Origin: the human T2T-CHM13v2.0 reference genome, Homo sapiens
Length of the DNA: 64,000 bases
Direction: 5' to 3' (one strand)
Assembly (NCBI RefSeq): GCF_009914755.1
Contig: NC_060933.1
In this document: positions 1 through 20,440 of the stretch, piece after piece
Layout of the letters: each line of letters begins with the position of its first letter
Numbering within the stretch: position 1 is the stretch's first letter
Program-made: the position numbers and the translations under genes
The notes under the pieces: model-generated
Seen by the model: only the letters and a program-made list of their open reading frames with translations
What the model was told of the DNA's origin: nothing
Databases searched by the model: none

Positions 1-24
1 TAATAGCTGTTTTGACTGTTTTAC

Positions 25-152
25 CACATTGCAGGCACTGTACTGTGTATTATCTCATGTAATTCTCATAGTTACTGCATGGTGTAGGTATTTTTATCCC
101 CAGTTTACAGGTAGAGAAACTGAGCTCAGAGATGTTAAATAATTTGTCCAGG
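25..152 (-). mobile_element. MIR SINE fragment
   Basis: ttacaggtagagaaactgagctcagagatgttaaataatttgtccagg resembles the antisense MIR core. Confidence 0.65.
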
Positions 153-1863
153 TTTTTCGGATTATACTGATGAAGATACTGATAACTAGCATTCTGTTGT
201 CAGTTATTTGCCAGACAGGGTTCTTTATTTTTCTTATACATAGTATCATTTATTCTTGAGAACCCTGAATGAGTTATTCTTGAGAACCTAAATAAGTTAG
301 GGCCTACTAAGTCATTTGCAATACAATACAATAGGAGAAACTGAGGCTCGCTGAGATTAAGTTGCTTGCTTATGGTTATACATCCAACAAATGGCACCTA
401 TTTCCAAGTTTTTCTGTTTACACAACTGATTGTTTTTGTCCCAACCCCTGCTTATTTCTGAGGAAATAAGTAAAAATTCTAGCTGAAAAAGACATTTCCA
501 GCAAATTATTTCATATTTTGTCTTCCTCCTCTCTGAAATATGGATAACAGTCTTTTTTTTTTTAATAGGGTGATTTTATTAAGTGAGATAATGCATGTGT
601 GAAGCATGTAGCACACAGGGTATTATATAAAAGTCAATAAATGTTACTAGTACTATTTCTATTATTTTATTTTGGTTATTTAGATTTTTATTCAGGCTGT
701 AAAAGCAGTAAATGCATATTATAACATATCACAGAAAATCTGGAAAAGATAAAGGAGCTTAGGAAGTAATCACTCAGACTCACCACTGATGACATTTTAG
801 CCTGTTTCCCTCGGGATAACTCATTATTTCCTGATACATAGGTCGATCACTACACATGACATGTACTGGAATCTTTTTACTTATGGGAATGTCTCTTCTG
901 ATTAACTACTTTAAGAAGAAAAGAGGCTGTGTCCTCATGTACCAGCACTGTTTCTAGCTCAGAGTGGGTACTCAGCAAATATTTGAAATGAGCTGTTAGA
1001 AGCTTGAGAGAAGACCTTTCAGGTCTTCGCCATTTGTTGCCATTTTTTGCATTTAAAAAATGATTATAAAAAGATTTTAGTTTAAAAACAAAGAAGGTAG
1101 ATGTACTAGTTTGAGCTCAGGAAGACTGAGCTATTATCAGACAAAGGAATTTGATGTAACAATGAAACGTGCAAAGAGCTCAGTAAGAGTATGTTGGGAA
1201 GGTTGCATTCTGAAGATCGGGGAACAATTATTTAATGAGTACAGTCTTGAAGTATATGTTTCTCAAAAGTTTGCCAATAAATTGCCCCAGCTCTTTAGTC
1301 TCTGGGAAAGATCTCTTCATGTTAGTCAGTAGTGGTAAGTGGAATCTTCCCACTTAAGATGGTGGTGTCTGGATATCATGATTGTGTAAGAGTAATGACA
1401 TCTCTTTAATTTTGAAGTTTCTTTCATTGGAAAAAATTAAACTCTGTGCTATGCAGAGGAGACTTTAGAGGTGGATGGATGGTAATACGTATAATGTTGA
1501 GAACTAATGATCCAGCACAGTAGGGATTCTTATTGATAACCCGTGAATACTCTTTTGGGATATTAACACCTCGAGAACTTTCCCGGTACATATGAGAGCA
1601 ACATTCAAGCAAACTACCAAAGTTTTAAGTTAACTTTTAAAGTATTTTTGACTTAAATGAAAATGGAATGGTTTCTTAATGGTTGCAATAAAAACCTCTG
1701 AAATTGGACTAGTGCTAGTTCTAGAACTATCTCCCAGAATCAAGACTTAAAACTTCATTTTTAAAAACATTGAAACATTTGAAAGTGCAAGCATTGAAAG
1801 TGAATTAAGTGTAAAAAGGAATTCATAGAAAATTAGCACCTCCCTTCTTTTCCTTTGCTGGGG

Positions 1864-2010
1864 GAGACAGGGTCTTACTCTGTTGCCTATGCTGGAGTCC
1901 AGTGGCACTATCATGGCTCACTGCAGTCTCAACTACCTGGGCTCAAGTGATCCTTCCACTTCAGCTTCCCAAAGTGCCAGGATTACAAGCGTGAGCCACT
2001 GCACCCAGCC
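1864..2010 (-). mobile_element. Alu monomer (FLAM/AluJ-like)
   Basis: gagacagggtcttactctg...cccaaagtg...gtgagccactgcacccagcc. Confidence 0.8.
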
Positions 2011-2565
2011 CCCTTTACCTTTCTAAAAAAGATGCTTTAAGTGCTTTATTACATGCAGCTATTTTGGTGAATGATTAAGTATAATTTCAAAAGTGGAGAT
2101 CAGCTTGTCTCAGCTGAAACGGGTCGTTACTAAGAGCTTTTCCTTTGGCTTTATAAAGGCCTCTTTGTTTATGCTGCACACTTACTCAGGTTATGATGGC
2201 TGTCAGTAGATGTGAATACTAGTCTGTGCTGCTTTTCAGGTGAAACAAGGAACTTTTTATAGATGATGTGTACATAGTTACAGGAACATGAAGTGTGAAT
2301 ATAGGGTGCCCTGTGGCCAAGTTTAGTGTGTTGATGAACACAGTACTTTCCAGGCCCTCATTTTTCAGATGAGTTGAAAGTTAAAGGTGCAAGATGCAGT
2401 TTTAATCTTTCAGATAATATTAACAGTTCTTTTCAGTAACTGTTGCTGTGTCATTGCCAGCTACTGAATTTCTGTCTCCTTTTGATAAATATCCCACCCT
2501 TAAAGTAACCAGAGTACTATCACTTAATCCTGTGTATGAGAAATTATTGGTGGTATATTACTTTA

Positions 2566-2727
<162 letters not shown>

Positions 2728-3542
2728 TCATAGTTTACTTTAGGGAATTCTAGAGATTCTTATGAAATATTTGTTTTTATGTATGTAGAGTTTAAACATG
2801 TAAATTACACTAAAGATACTATACTCTGCCCTTATCCCAGTGACATGGTTTTATATTTTTCTTGTTATGAAAACAGTTGTTTATTACATTTCTTTGCTCC
2901 TAAAGAAAATAAAAATAAACACTTGAGACCACATACCCCACATACACATACCATCACTTGATGTCTGATTAAAAATGTTGGCAACTTTCCCTATGTTAGC
3001 ACTTTGTTAGGGTATTTTAGGTGCAAATTTTGAAGGTCTTTTTGCTAAAAGTAGATGGTATAAAGATTACTAGGAATTGCTAGTTTAAATGAGTCATCTG
3101 ATAAAAAGAAGTCAAAGAACCTAGTGGTGAATGGGCTTCTCTTTTTGTTAAGTTTGCCTTTTGATTTTTTAATTCTGTTTGCAAAAGTAATGATCCTTTT
3201 CATAGAAAAAAGTTAGAATATAACATTCTAACTCAATTCTTCATTTAAACTGTTTTATATAATGTTATGGTGCTTACTTTAATATTTGCGTTAAAAATGC
3301 TGATTTTAGCCAGTTAAAAATAGAGGTGAGAGCATTATTTGAATAAAGAAAACAAAAGGTAGATATAAATACTATGTGAGTGTGTGTTTAGGGGTAAGGA
3401 TAGACTCAGGGGACTAGCCTTGATTAGAGAGTAAAAGATGCTATTAGGATACTATTAATTTTTCATTTTAATAAGTGAACTTAGTCTAGCATTCAGAAGT
3501 TCTTAACAGTCTGCCTTCTGCTTCTTTTTCTTTTTCTTTCTT

Positions 3543-3823
3543 TCTTTTTTTTTTTTTCTGAGACGGAGTTTTGCTCTTGTTGCCCAGGCTGGAGTGCAGT
3601 GGTGCGATCTTGGCTCACTGCAACCTCCGCCTCCCAGGTCTCAGCCTCCTGAGTAGCTGGGATTACAGGCATGCACCACTATGCCCAGGTAATTTTGTAT
3701 TTTTAGTAGAGACAGGGTTTCTCTATGATGGTCAGGCTGGTCTCAAACTCCTGACCTCAGGTGATCTGCCCACCTCGGCCTCCCAAAGTGCTGGGGTTAC
3801 AGGTGTGAGCCACTGCGCCCGAC
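3543..3823 (-). mobile_element. AluS element (source of the spurious ORF 3571..4050)
   Basis: Poly-T, then the antisense Alu body with a small internal deletion. Confidence 0.9.
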
Positions 3824-4151
3824 TCTGCTTCTTTTTTTATCGTATTTTTCACTGCTCTGATTTTTTTTCAAGTCAAGTCCTGAACTTGATGCAAATTGGT
3901 CTTCTCCATACTCCCCTATGTGGTGTCCTTGCATACCCCAGTGCTCCAGTTAGGCCATTCCCTGTGCCTCTTGCAAATGCTTTTGCCCTCCAAAGCCCTT
4001 CAGGGTGTATAAAGCCTTTCCTCTTCACAGTCAGGTGTGGTCTCTCCTGAGCTTTTAGCACATTTATTTATTTAGAACTTTAGTAACTTTCTTAAAGTAT
4101 CTCACATACTTCCAAATGGTCGAAGATGTGTCTTTAATATTTTAAAAATCC

Positions 4152-4452
<301 letters not shown>

Positions 4453-5339
4453 TCCCCACCGTCTTGAGGACTATACCATCTTATACTAGGTGTTTAGTAA
4501 TTATTTGTTGAATGAATGAATGCAAAAATGTTAGCATTAGTTGTATTATGTTTATACAGTGAAACGTTTCTCCACTGTAAAACAGGTGAATGCACATGTA
4601 AACACAGTAATTGTTTTAGAATCGGATTTCTTAATAGTGGCATTATTGACATTTTGGGGGATTGCCCTGTATATTGTAGGATGTTTAGTAGCAACTGTGG
4701 TCTCTACTCACTAGACTTCATTACCACATCTCCCTTCAACTCCAGTTGTGGCAACTCACAATGTCTCCAGACACTGCCATGTATCTTTTTGGGTGTTTCA
4801 GAGAAGCTGAATAAAAGTGGGTCTCTCCATATTAACTAAATGATAATGATTAACATCTGTGTGGTACTTTGACTGCGTATAAAGTGCTTTCACATATATC
4901 ACTGATTCATTAATTTGTTAAGCATTTATTGAGCTCTGCTACGTGCTGTACGCCTCTACTGGACACCAGAGTATAATATACTGGTGAAGTGCTCCTTGAA
5001 CTTGAGGCATCATAAAAAATGTGACTTCCCAAGAAAAGCCTTCTCCCACTTTGTTAAGTCACTCTGCCCTTCTTACTGTCTAGCGCCACACTCTGTCTCC
5101 TTTGCGATATTTTCTGTTCTGCTCTCCTTAAGGGTAGGTGTCATGTCAGTTTCTGTCACCTCTGTCAGGTCTTGAATGCAAGACCTAGTGTATTGCTAGG
5201 CCCAAAACAGGCACTCATAAAAGCAGTTGAGTTGGTGGAAGAATGGATGAAAGCAACATGCTCATAGGAAAGAGACAGGCCAAGATTCATTGCTACACAA
5301 TATGATGGGTACCAAGGCAGAGAAGTGGGTTGAGGGCAT

Positions 5340-5740
5340 TGTGTTAGTCTGTTTTGAGTTGCTATAACAGAATACCACAGACTGGGTAATTTATAAAGAA
5401 AAGGAATTTGTTTCCTCACAGTCCTGGAAGTTAGGAAGTCCAAGATGAAGGCACTGGCAGGTTCATTTATCTGGTGAGGGTCTAGTCTCTCTGCTTCCAA
5501 GATGGGGCCTTGACTGTTGCATCCTTGAGGAGTTGGGGAAGAATGCTGTGTCCTCATATAACAGAAGGCAGAAGAACAAAAAGGGATGAACTCCCTCTTT
5601 CAAGCCCTTTTATAAGGGCACCTAATCCCATTCACAAGATAGGAGCCCTCGTGGCCTAATCACCTTTTAAAGGCCCCACCTCTTAATACTATCACATTAG
5701 CAACAATTAGTTTTGGAGGAGGCACATTCAAACCATAGCA
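5340..5740. mobile_element. ERVL-MaLR solo LTR (MST-like)
   Basis: TG...CA ends (tgtgttagtctg...aaaccatagca), typical gctataacagaataccacagactgggtaatttataaag, near-TSD ggcat/ggtat. Confidence 0.8.
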
Positions 5741-6399
5741 GGTATAAAAGACAAGCATTTAATCAGACTGTTTGTCAGTTGATAATTTTTCCTTCTTTCC
5801 TGGAGACCTGTCTATGAGTGGCTGGGAGACCTGTTTAATTCTGAGGTATAGAATTAAGATGGCCATCTGCCTGCAAGTAGAGATAAGCTGCATTCTCCCA
5901 AATCAACTTTGTTTATAATAAAAGGAATGTTCTGGTCTCCATATGCCATACTCTTTATTGTCAATTTCTTAAACAGTTCACAACTTGGTTAGAGAAGAGG
6001 CAGGCTATCTATTGCCCCATCGTCAACCTTTTTTTTTTTTTTTTTTAAAAACTAAATACCTAATCGCTATATTGTTATTCTTTTGTCTGTTAGTGCTCTC
6101 CTTAACACGTATAAAAATAGACCAAACTGACATGATCATATTTTAGAAAAATGCTATTTTCTTTTTTTTTAAAAAGGAAACAGAAAAAAAGATAGATGGC
6201 TTAAATTGTCTACTTATCATAACATAGAATTAGAAATCCCAGTCTTCGTGGCTGCCAAAAAAAAAAAAAAAAAGGAATGGCCACAAAATGAAATCAAATA
6301 AAAGTCTTTCATTGCTCTTTTCCTATGACTGTTAATATGAAGAAACTTAATAGTTCTGAAAATAAAGATGTAAATTGCTGCAGAATATAAAACAGGATA

Positions 6400-6860
6400 A
6401 AGTCACAATAGCCAAAATGTGGAAGGAACCCAAATGTTCATCCATGGATGAATGGATAAACAACATGACGTATATATGTACAATGGAATATGATTCAGCC
6501 TTAAAAAAAGTGCAATTCTTACATATGCTACAACATAGATGAACCTTGAGGACATTATACTAAGTGAAATAAGCAGGTCACGGAAGGACAAATACATGAT
6601 TCCACTCGTGAGGTAGCTAGAATAGGCAAATTCATAGAGAGAGAAAGTAGTTTCCAGGGGCTGGGGATAGGGAAGAATAGAGAATTAGTGTTTAATTGGT
6701 ATAGACTTTCTGTTTGGGATGATTCTTTTAAAAGTTCAGGGTATGGATAGTTGCGATGGCTACATAACAATGTGAATGTACTTCACACCACAGAGTTGCA
6801 CAATTAAACATGGTTAAGATGGTACATTTTTGTGTATTTTACCATAAGAAGAAAAATTTA
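6400..6860 (+). mobile_element. L1M 3' end fragment
   Basis: cacaatagccaaaatgtgga...gatgaaccttgaggacattatactaagtgaaataagc. Confidence 0.8.
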
Positions 6861-7162
6861 GGGCTGGTCAAGGCAGCTTACATCTGTAATCCCAACACAT
6901 TGAGAGGCCAAGGTGGGAGGATCACTTGAGCCCAGGAGTTTGAGACCAACCTGGGCAACATAGTGAGACCCCATCTCTAAAAAAAAATAATAACAATAAA
7001 AAATTAGCCAGACCTGGTGGTGTGTGCCTATAGTCCCAGCTACTCAGGAGGCTGAGGCAGTAGGATCACTTGACCCCATGAGTTCAAGGCTGCAGTGATC
7101 TGTGATCATGCCACTGCACTCCAGCCTGGACGACAGAGTGAGAACTTGCCTCGAAAAAAAAA
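6861..7162 (+). mobile_element. AluJ element
   Basis: Dimeric Alu with J-type diagnostics and an A tail. Confidence 0.85.
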
Positions 7163-8250
7163 TTAGTGTGATAAAGCGCAGACCATGTATATAATGAAGA
7201 TACTTCAACCATTTGAAGGAGTGTTCTGTTCTCAAGCCAAATAGAGAACCACATACTATCCCAGAAAAAGGCACAGTTAGCAAAGGATCCAGGGAAGCTG
7301 GAAGGGCTGGTGTTTTGTGGCTGAGGTCAGTAGAGATGACTGCTCTGTTCATGGAATCCCATGGATACTTATCTTCATCTTCTTAGCCACCAGTGACAGG
7401 GTACTGCTTGACAGACTGACCCTGTGGTGTGAATATCACATACATTATCATTGAATTTTTGAAACACCTTATAAAGTAGACATTCGCATTTATAGGAATT
7501 TAATACCTTTCTGAAATTTGCGAAGTAAGTGGTGCAGTCAACACTTAAACCCTAGATCAGCAGACTCCAAAATTGAGGTACTTTCCTCAGTATATCCCAA
7601 GAATGGCTTTAAGAAGAATTATATGGATAATCTGGAGTAAAAGGAACAAGAATTTCTTCATTTAGGTCAGTGAGATATGCTGACAAGATGACCACAAATG
7701 CAGGAATGTTGGAGTGGTAATTAATATTTAAATGAGAAATCATTAGAGTTTAAAGAGTGGAATACCAATGCAAGTTTCTGGTGCTACTTCAGTAGGGCTC
7801 TTTGGAACTGATTGAAGGGGAAAAAATTAAAGCCAGAAAGCTCAGTGGAGCAGATGTCATAGTGGCCACAGTGAAACAAAGATTTTCAAAATGAGATGCT
7901 AAGTGAGAAACAACAACTGGGGAGAGAAGTAATTTCTCCAGGGTCACAATGGGCATAAGGAGAATTGTTCTTTTAGACTCTAGGTGAGATCGTAGTAATC
8001 CAGGGATTGGTGATGTAGGCCACTGAGTTCTGGCTTTGAGGACATCTCTAATCCCTAAACCTTCACTAAGAGGGAGGTGAAGGGAGTCAGGTGTGCCACA
8101 TGTCTGGCTACTGAAAAATGCCTAGATGGGAAAGGAGTTTGAAATATCATCCTAAAATGAAGTTTCTGAGTTAAGTTGGCCAGATTTCACCATGTGTTTG
8201 CTGTTATTACTGTGTAAAATCAAGAGATTTAAATGAGATTAAGATCTTTA

Positions 8251-8633
<383 letters not shown>

Positions 8634-10085
8634 TTAATATGGTGACATACTGAGCCCCAAACTGGCATATGTAACCTCTGGTCACTTCTATACCAAAGCT
8701 ATTAGCCTCACTTCGCAATGAAGGCCAAGCTAAGAAGAGTCAGGAATTATGAAGCACAAAGCATAGAATGTCAAAACTGAGAAAGAAAAATATCTGTTTT
8801 CCTAATGCTTTCATTTTATAGGTGTGGAAAATTGAGGACCAGGGAGAGTACCTTGCCAGCAATTTTGTAGTTACGGTTTTAGATGAAGAGCTGCACAGTG
8901 TTAGGGAAAATTCTGAATGGTATTCAAGTCCTCCAGCCAGCAGCAGCAGAATGTGGTTTTTAGTGTGCCCTATGCAAGTAGTGCTTCAGATGGAGCTTAT
9001 TCTTATTTTTAAGTTATTTTATTTTTTATTTGATTAATTCATTTATTTTTATATATTTTAACAGATTTAGTGACATAAAATTATATATGGTGTACAATTT
9101 GATGGTTGATATACACATGCATTGTGAAATGATCATCACAGTCAAGCTAATTAGCCTATTATCACCTCTTCATAGTTACTATTTTGTGCATGCGTGTGTA
9201 TTTATTTTATTTCTGAAATAATTTTAGACTGACAGAAAAGTTGCAGAAATAGTACAGAGTTCACATATATCTACCACTTTGCTTCCCTGTTGTTAAAAAC
9301 TTATGTAACTATAGTTCAATAATCAAAATGAGGAAATTAACTTTGATACAATACTATGAATTGAACTACAGCCCTTTGATTTTCACCATCTCCTCCCATC
9401 CCCTACCATGCCTTTTTAATGTTCCAGGATATAATCTAAGATCCCACGTTGTATTCGTTTCTATGTCCCCTCAGTTTCCTCCAATCTGTGACAGTTGCTC
9501 CATATTTCCTTGTCTTTCATGGACTCTTGATGAGTACTGGTCAGCTGTTTTTTAGAATGATCCTCAGTTTGGGTTTGTCCATGTTTTCCTCATGATTAGA
9601 CTAAGGTGATGGGTTTGGGGGAAGAAGATCACAAGGTGAAATGCTCTTGTTATTTCCTATCGGGTACAGGATGCCAACGTGGCTTATTAGTGATATTTAC
9701 CACGATCACTTGGTTAAGGTGGCATCTCCCAGGTTTCTTTTCTCCCTCTGTAAATGATAAACATCTTGGAGAGATGCTTTGAGACTGTGGTAGCATCCTG
9801 TTTCTTCTCAAACTTTTGGCTGCTGATTTTCGCTTTCGTTGGTGGATCTTGTCAACAGTTACTAATGTGGTATTCAAGTGGGGATTTTGTATTTTACTCA
9901 TTCCTTCTACATTGATTAATTGGAATTTTGTAAGGAAGAAGTGTCTCTTCTCATACATTTATTTATGAATTATTTATTTATATCCATATGGATTTATGGG
10001 TATTTATTTTGTCCTATGAGATTGTGTTAGTTCTTGCCTTGCTATAAAGGAATACCTGACACTGGGTAATTCATAAAGAAAAGAG

Positions 10086-10532
<447 letters not shown>

Positions 10533-11361
10533 TAGACAGTGCCTGAGTTGAGGATTTGACCTGTGACTCGCTGCAGTTGCCACACTGCAGTTGCCACACT
10601 GTGGCCTTAGAACAGTCTTATCCAGTCCTGAAAACCCCAGTGCCTTGGAAACATCAGGACTGGTCAGAAGGACAGTAAGTCCTCAAGGCACCAGCCCCTC
10701 CTCCTTCCCCAAGGTTGAGGGGTAAGTATTACAAACTCTCTGCAGGACCCATATCCTGGGTGTGGACACCCAGTCCTGCTAGGACCTTCTTTGAGAAGAG
10801 TTGATCTCAGCCATGAAACTGCCTGATGCCTTCAGCGAAGCAAGCAGGAAAGGCTCAAGTGATCCTCCTGTATCAGCCTCATGAGTAGCCAGTAGCTGGG
10901 ACCACAAGCGGGCACTACCACAGCTGCCTAATTTTTTTTTTTGTAGAGACAGGTTTCATCATGTTGCTGTTCTGGAACTCCTGAACTCAAGTGATGTGCC
11001 TGCCTCAGTCTACCAAAGGGCTGGGATTACAGGCATGAGCCTGTATATACTGTGTGTATACATATATATATATACACAATAAGGGTATGAGTTTATAGAT
11101 TCCTGTTCTCTGCAACTAGTGACTATGTTGCCCAGGCTGGTCTTGAACTCTTGAGCTCAAGCGATCCTACCGCCTTGGCCTCCCCAAGTGCTGGGATTAC
11201 AGGCATGAATCACCAGACTCAGTCTAATTTTTGTATTTTTTTTGTAGAGATGGGGTTTTGCTATGTTGCCCAGGCTGGTCTCAAACTCCTGGACTCAAGC
11301 AGTCCACCTGCATCAGCCTCCCAAAGTGCTAGGATTACAGGCATGAGCCATAATGCCTGAC

Positions 11362-14246
<2,885 letters not shown>

Positions 14247-14721
14247 TAGAGACAGAATCTCACTATGTTGCCCAGGCCAGTCTCAAACTCCTGGGCTCAA
14301 GCGATCCACCCTCTGTTTGGGGATCTCTGTGCTTCCTGTATCTGCATATCTAAATCTCTTGGTAGACTTGAAAAGTTTTATTACTTTGTTAAGTAGCTTT
14401 TCTATCCCCATGGTTTGCTCTTTGCCTTCTGGGACACTGAAAATTCAAATGTTTGGTTGCTTTATGGTGTCCCATATGTCATGTAGGCTTTGTTCATTCC
14501 TTTTTTCTTTTTTCTTTATTTTTGTCTGATGGGGTAATTTTAAAAGATCTGACTTCAAGTTCTGAAATTTATTATACTGCTTGATGTAGTCTGTTGTTGA
14601 AGCTTTTTTAAAAATGTTTATTCCACATTATTTCAGTCCTCACACATCTGCTGTGATCCATCTGACATGTAATCTGTTGGTTTTCCAGCAGTGATAATTT
14701 CTTTCTTTTTCTTTGCTTTTC

Positions 14722-15146
<425 letters not shown>

Positions 15147-15234
15147 TGACTGTGCCAGTAGCTCCATTTTTATATACAAATAGACATGCCTAAATCCAGT
15201 TTATTTTTTATATGCACATTTTATTTAATTAATT

Positions 15235-17200
<1,966 letters not shown>

Positions 17201-18460
17201 CAGCCCTGGAAGGGTGGGAAGTTCATCAAACCTAGTTCACAGGTGAGAAACTAGTATATTAAGTGAGGTTCAAGTACATTAAGTCACTTACAGGAAGCAG
17301 TGGAATTGGGTATTGAGGCCAGGTCTGGCTGACTCCAGAGTCCATTTCTTTTCACTCTATGTAGCTCATCTCTTTTTCTATAAAATGGAAGACTTGGACC
17401 AGATGAGCCCCTTCCAACTTTGCCATGCATTGTCCTCAGAATTGGTGGGAACTGGTTCATCTCCTTAGCCCTGGACCCCAGAAAAGGAGCGAGTTGAAAG
17501 AGGGATGTCACAATGCACCTAGAAATGCTACCAGGCAGGTTGTGGGGAGCTCAAGAAAGCCACCTGGGCCAGGAGCGCATATATGCAGACCTTTATGTTT
17601 GGTACAACCTCAATTTATAGTACATATAGATATATAGATGAAAGACACAGGAATGTTGACAGTGGTCATATCTAGCCATAAGCATATGTTGGAGAGGAGG
17701 ATCACGGGAAGACATGAGCCCTGCATCTCAGCATATCTCCATCCTGCACCTTAACATCACAAAGTCAAACCCCAATTTCCCGTGGGAGGAAATATGACTC
17801 TGGAAATGTAAAAAACATGAAACAAACCAGTAAAGTATAAAAGATAAGTCACAATATTATTTGTTTTGAGACAGTGAAAAACCATCTTTTTCATCAAAAT
17901 AAAACTAAAAACACAGAAAACCGATGAGTACCATCTTGAGAGAACTGTTACTCTTCCCTCAGCTTGTGTTGCTCCCAGCCTATGGCAATTATGGGTTATT
18001 TCTTCCTCTCTACCTCCCTCCTTCCATTTCTTCCTCTCTCTTTGTTTCTCTTTCTCCCTCTCCCTCTCTGCCTCCTCCTCCCATCTACCTACCCACCTCC
18101 GACTCTCTCACTCATATATTTTCCAAAAGGAGTATTTATTAATAACTTCCTAATAAGGAAAAAAATACCTTGAAAACTAGTTTTGTTTTGAGACAGGGTC
18201 TTGCTCTGTCACCCAGACTGGAAAGCTAGCTTTATAAAATAAAATGAAGGTGCCAAGACTTGAATGCAGGGTTGCTGTGCTCCAAGTTCACTGCCCATTC
18301 TGACGATGGGGGTTTGGGGGATCAGGGATTGGCCACTGACTCACAAGCCTGAGAGAGGGGGCCTTGCTGGAGCAAGCTGGGGCAGGCAGAGTCCTGCAGC
18401 TTCAGCAGGTGGCTCGGCCCCACCTGCCTGGAGCTGCATTGTGATCTGCTTCTGTTGCAG

Positions 18461-18589
18461 TTTGTGGGGAAGTATGAGACCCTCGTGTTTTACTGGCCCT
18501 CGCTGCTGTGCCTTGCCTTCCTGCTGGGCCGCTTCCTGCATATGTTTGTCAAGGCTCTGAGGGTGCACCTCGGCTGGGAGCTCCAGGTG
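18461..18589 (+). pseudogene. STRA6LP: STRA6LP exon A (129 nt) FVGKYETLVFYWPSLLCLAFLLGRFLHMFVKALRVHLGWELQV
   Basis: Acceptor ttctgttgcag, donor gtgagt at 18590; hydrophobic TM-like segment; phase 0 to 0. Confidence 0.9.
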
Positions 18590-18735
18590 GTGAGTACTAA
18601 GTATGAGCACTGCATGTGCTGATGGGTTTAATCTCTACAACAGCCAGAGAGGCAGGTACTGTTACTACACCTCACATTCTGAATTCAGAAACTTGGATGC
18701 AGAGAGGTGAGTTGAGTTGCCTGAGGTCACCCAGC

Positions 18736-19171
18736 TGTGAACCCTGAAAATCTGAGACAAGTCTCAGTTAATTTAGAAAGTTTATTTTGTCAGAGTTGAA
18801 GACACGTGCCCATGACACAGCCTCATGAGGTCCTGACATGTGCCCAATGTGGTCAGAGCACAGTTTGGTTTTATACATTTTAGGGAGACATGAGACATCA
18901 ATCAACATATGTAAGATGAACATTGGTTCAGTCTGGAAAGGCGGGAAAACTGGAAGGGGCTTCCAGGTCATAGGTAGATGAGACAAATGGTTTCATTCTT
19001 TTCAGTTTCTAATTAGCCTCTCCAAAGGAGGCAATCAGATATGCATTTATCTCAGTGAGCAGAGGGGTGACTTTGAATAGAATGGAAGACAGATTTGCCC
19101 TAAGCAGTTCTCAGTTTGACTTTTCCCTTTAGCTTAGTAATTTTGGGGGCCCAAGATATTTTCCTTTCACA
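18736..19171 (-). mobile_element. MER4A-type ERV1 solo LTR inserted into a MIR, in the intron after exon A
   Basis: TG...CA ends; reverse complement starts TGTGAAAGGAAAATATCTTGGGCCCCCAAAA. Flanks cagc/tggc are compatible with a CpG-decayed cggc TSD. Confidence 0.8.
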
Positions 19172-19447
19172 TGGCTAACCTGTAGCAGAGCCAGAAATGG
19201 AACCTAGACAGTTCAGTTGTGGAGCCTCTTCCTTAACCACTGTCAAACACAGCCTCTTTGGCATGGGGCAAATTCAACAGTGGGGTGTAGCGGGGAGGAA
19301 AAGACCTATCTTGACCACAGCGTGGCTAAATCCAAAAGAGCAACTCCTACCCCCAATCTGGCCCTCCGTGGCCATTGCCCCCTCTTAAGATCAAAACACT
19401 AACAAGAATTTGTGAGCCAAAGTGTAAGCCTGTCTGCTCTCTTACAG

Positions 19448-19518
19448 GAAGAAAAATCTGTCCTGGAAGTGCACCAGGGAGAGCACGTCAAGCAGCTCCT
19501 GAGGATACCCCGCCCTCA
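19448..19518 (+). pseudogene. STRA6LP: STRA6LP exon B (71 nt) EEKSVLEVHQGEHVKQLLRIPRP
   Basis: Acceptor ctctcttacag, donor gtaagc; phase 0 to 2. Confidence 0.9.
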
Positions 19519-20142
19519 GTAAGCCACAGTTCTGTTCATTCACCTGCAGGTTTGCTCCCACTCTGGTGAGCTCTGATGATGCGACAGAGCCTGGGATGAC
19601 CAGAAAGGCACTGTAGTGGTCAAGACTCTCATTTACTAAAAACAGAAACCCAACTCAAACTGGATTAAAGCAAGAAAGGAAATTTATGGGCTCCCATCAC
19701 TAAAAAGTCTAGAGGTAGTCAGTTTCAGGCAAGCTGGATCCAGAGGCTTAATTGATATCATCAGAACTAGGTCTCTCTCCCTCAATCTCCCCTCAGCTCT
19801 GCTTTTATGTGTGGGCCTCACAGTTAGGTGGGATTCCTCCACATGGTGGTGCCCAGACTCTCTTAAGTTTATACCCTCCTGGTTTAAGCCCAGAAGAAAG
19901 ACGAATGCTCCTTTCCAGTTATTCAAACAAAAGTCCCACAAATGTATTTCACTGGATCAAATTGGATCACACGCCACCCCAGAACCACTTACTGTGGCAG
20001 TGATTGTAGTGCACTGATTGGCTAAGCCTGAGTCACATGTCCCTCCCCTTCCCGTGGAGCCAGGAAGTGGGATCAGCATCACTTACCCACTAAGACCCAG
20101 GGTCAGAGAGTGGTGGTTCCCCAAATTAAAACTGAAGTGTTA

Positions 20143-20440
20143 GGCCGGGCATGGCGACTCTTGCCTGTAATCCCAGTACTTTGGGGGGCCGAGGCGGGAG
20201 AATCACTTGAGCTCACAAGTTCAAGACTAGCCTGGGCAACATGATGAGACCCCCGTCTCTACAAAAAATGAGCAATTTAATCAGGTGTGGAGGTGCACGT
20301 CTGGTCCCAGCTACTTGGGAGGCTGAGGTGGGAGGACCAGTTGAGTTGAGAGGTCAAGGCTGCAGTAAGCAATGACCACGCTACTGCACTGCAGCTTGGG
20401 AAACAGAGCGAGACCATGTATCAAAACAAAAACAAAAGAA
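20143..20440 (+). mobile_element. AluJ element within an old MaLR (MLT1-like) remnant
   Basis: Dimeric Alu; aaaactga(a/g)gtg(t/c)t on both flanks. Confidence 0.8.

Noticed and set aside
3571-4050. 159-aa ORF and similar ORFs (8248, 10281, 12566, 14781, 16620)
   Set aside because: Translations of Alu sequence (LECSG..., SASQSAGIT...), not genes.
10570-10602. Tandem duplication ctgcagttgccaca x2; also (taatttc)n at ~50883-50923
   Set aside because: Short slippage duplications with no sign of function; not CRISPR-like arrays.
17963-17994. Candidate extra STRA6L exon (cag|CTTGTGTTGCTCCCAGCC...)
   Set aside because: Weak donor and no recognisable similarity to the expected upstream STRA6L sequence.
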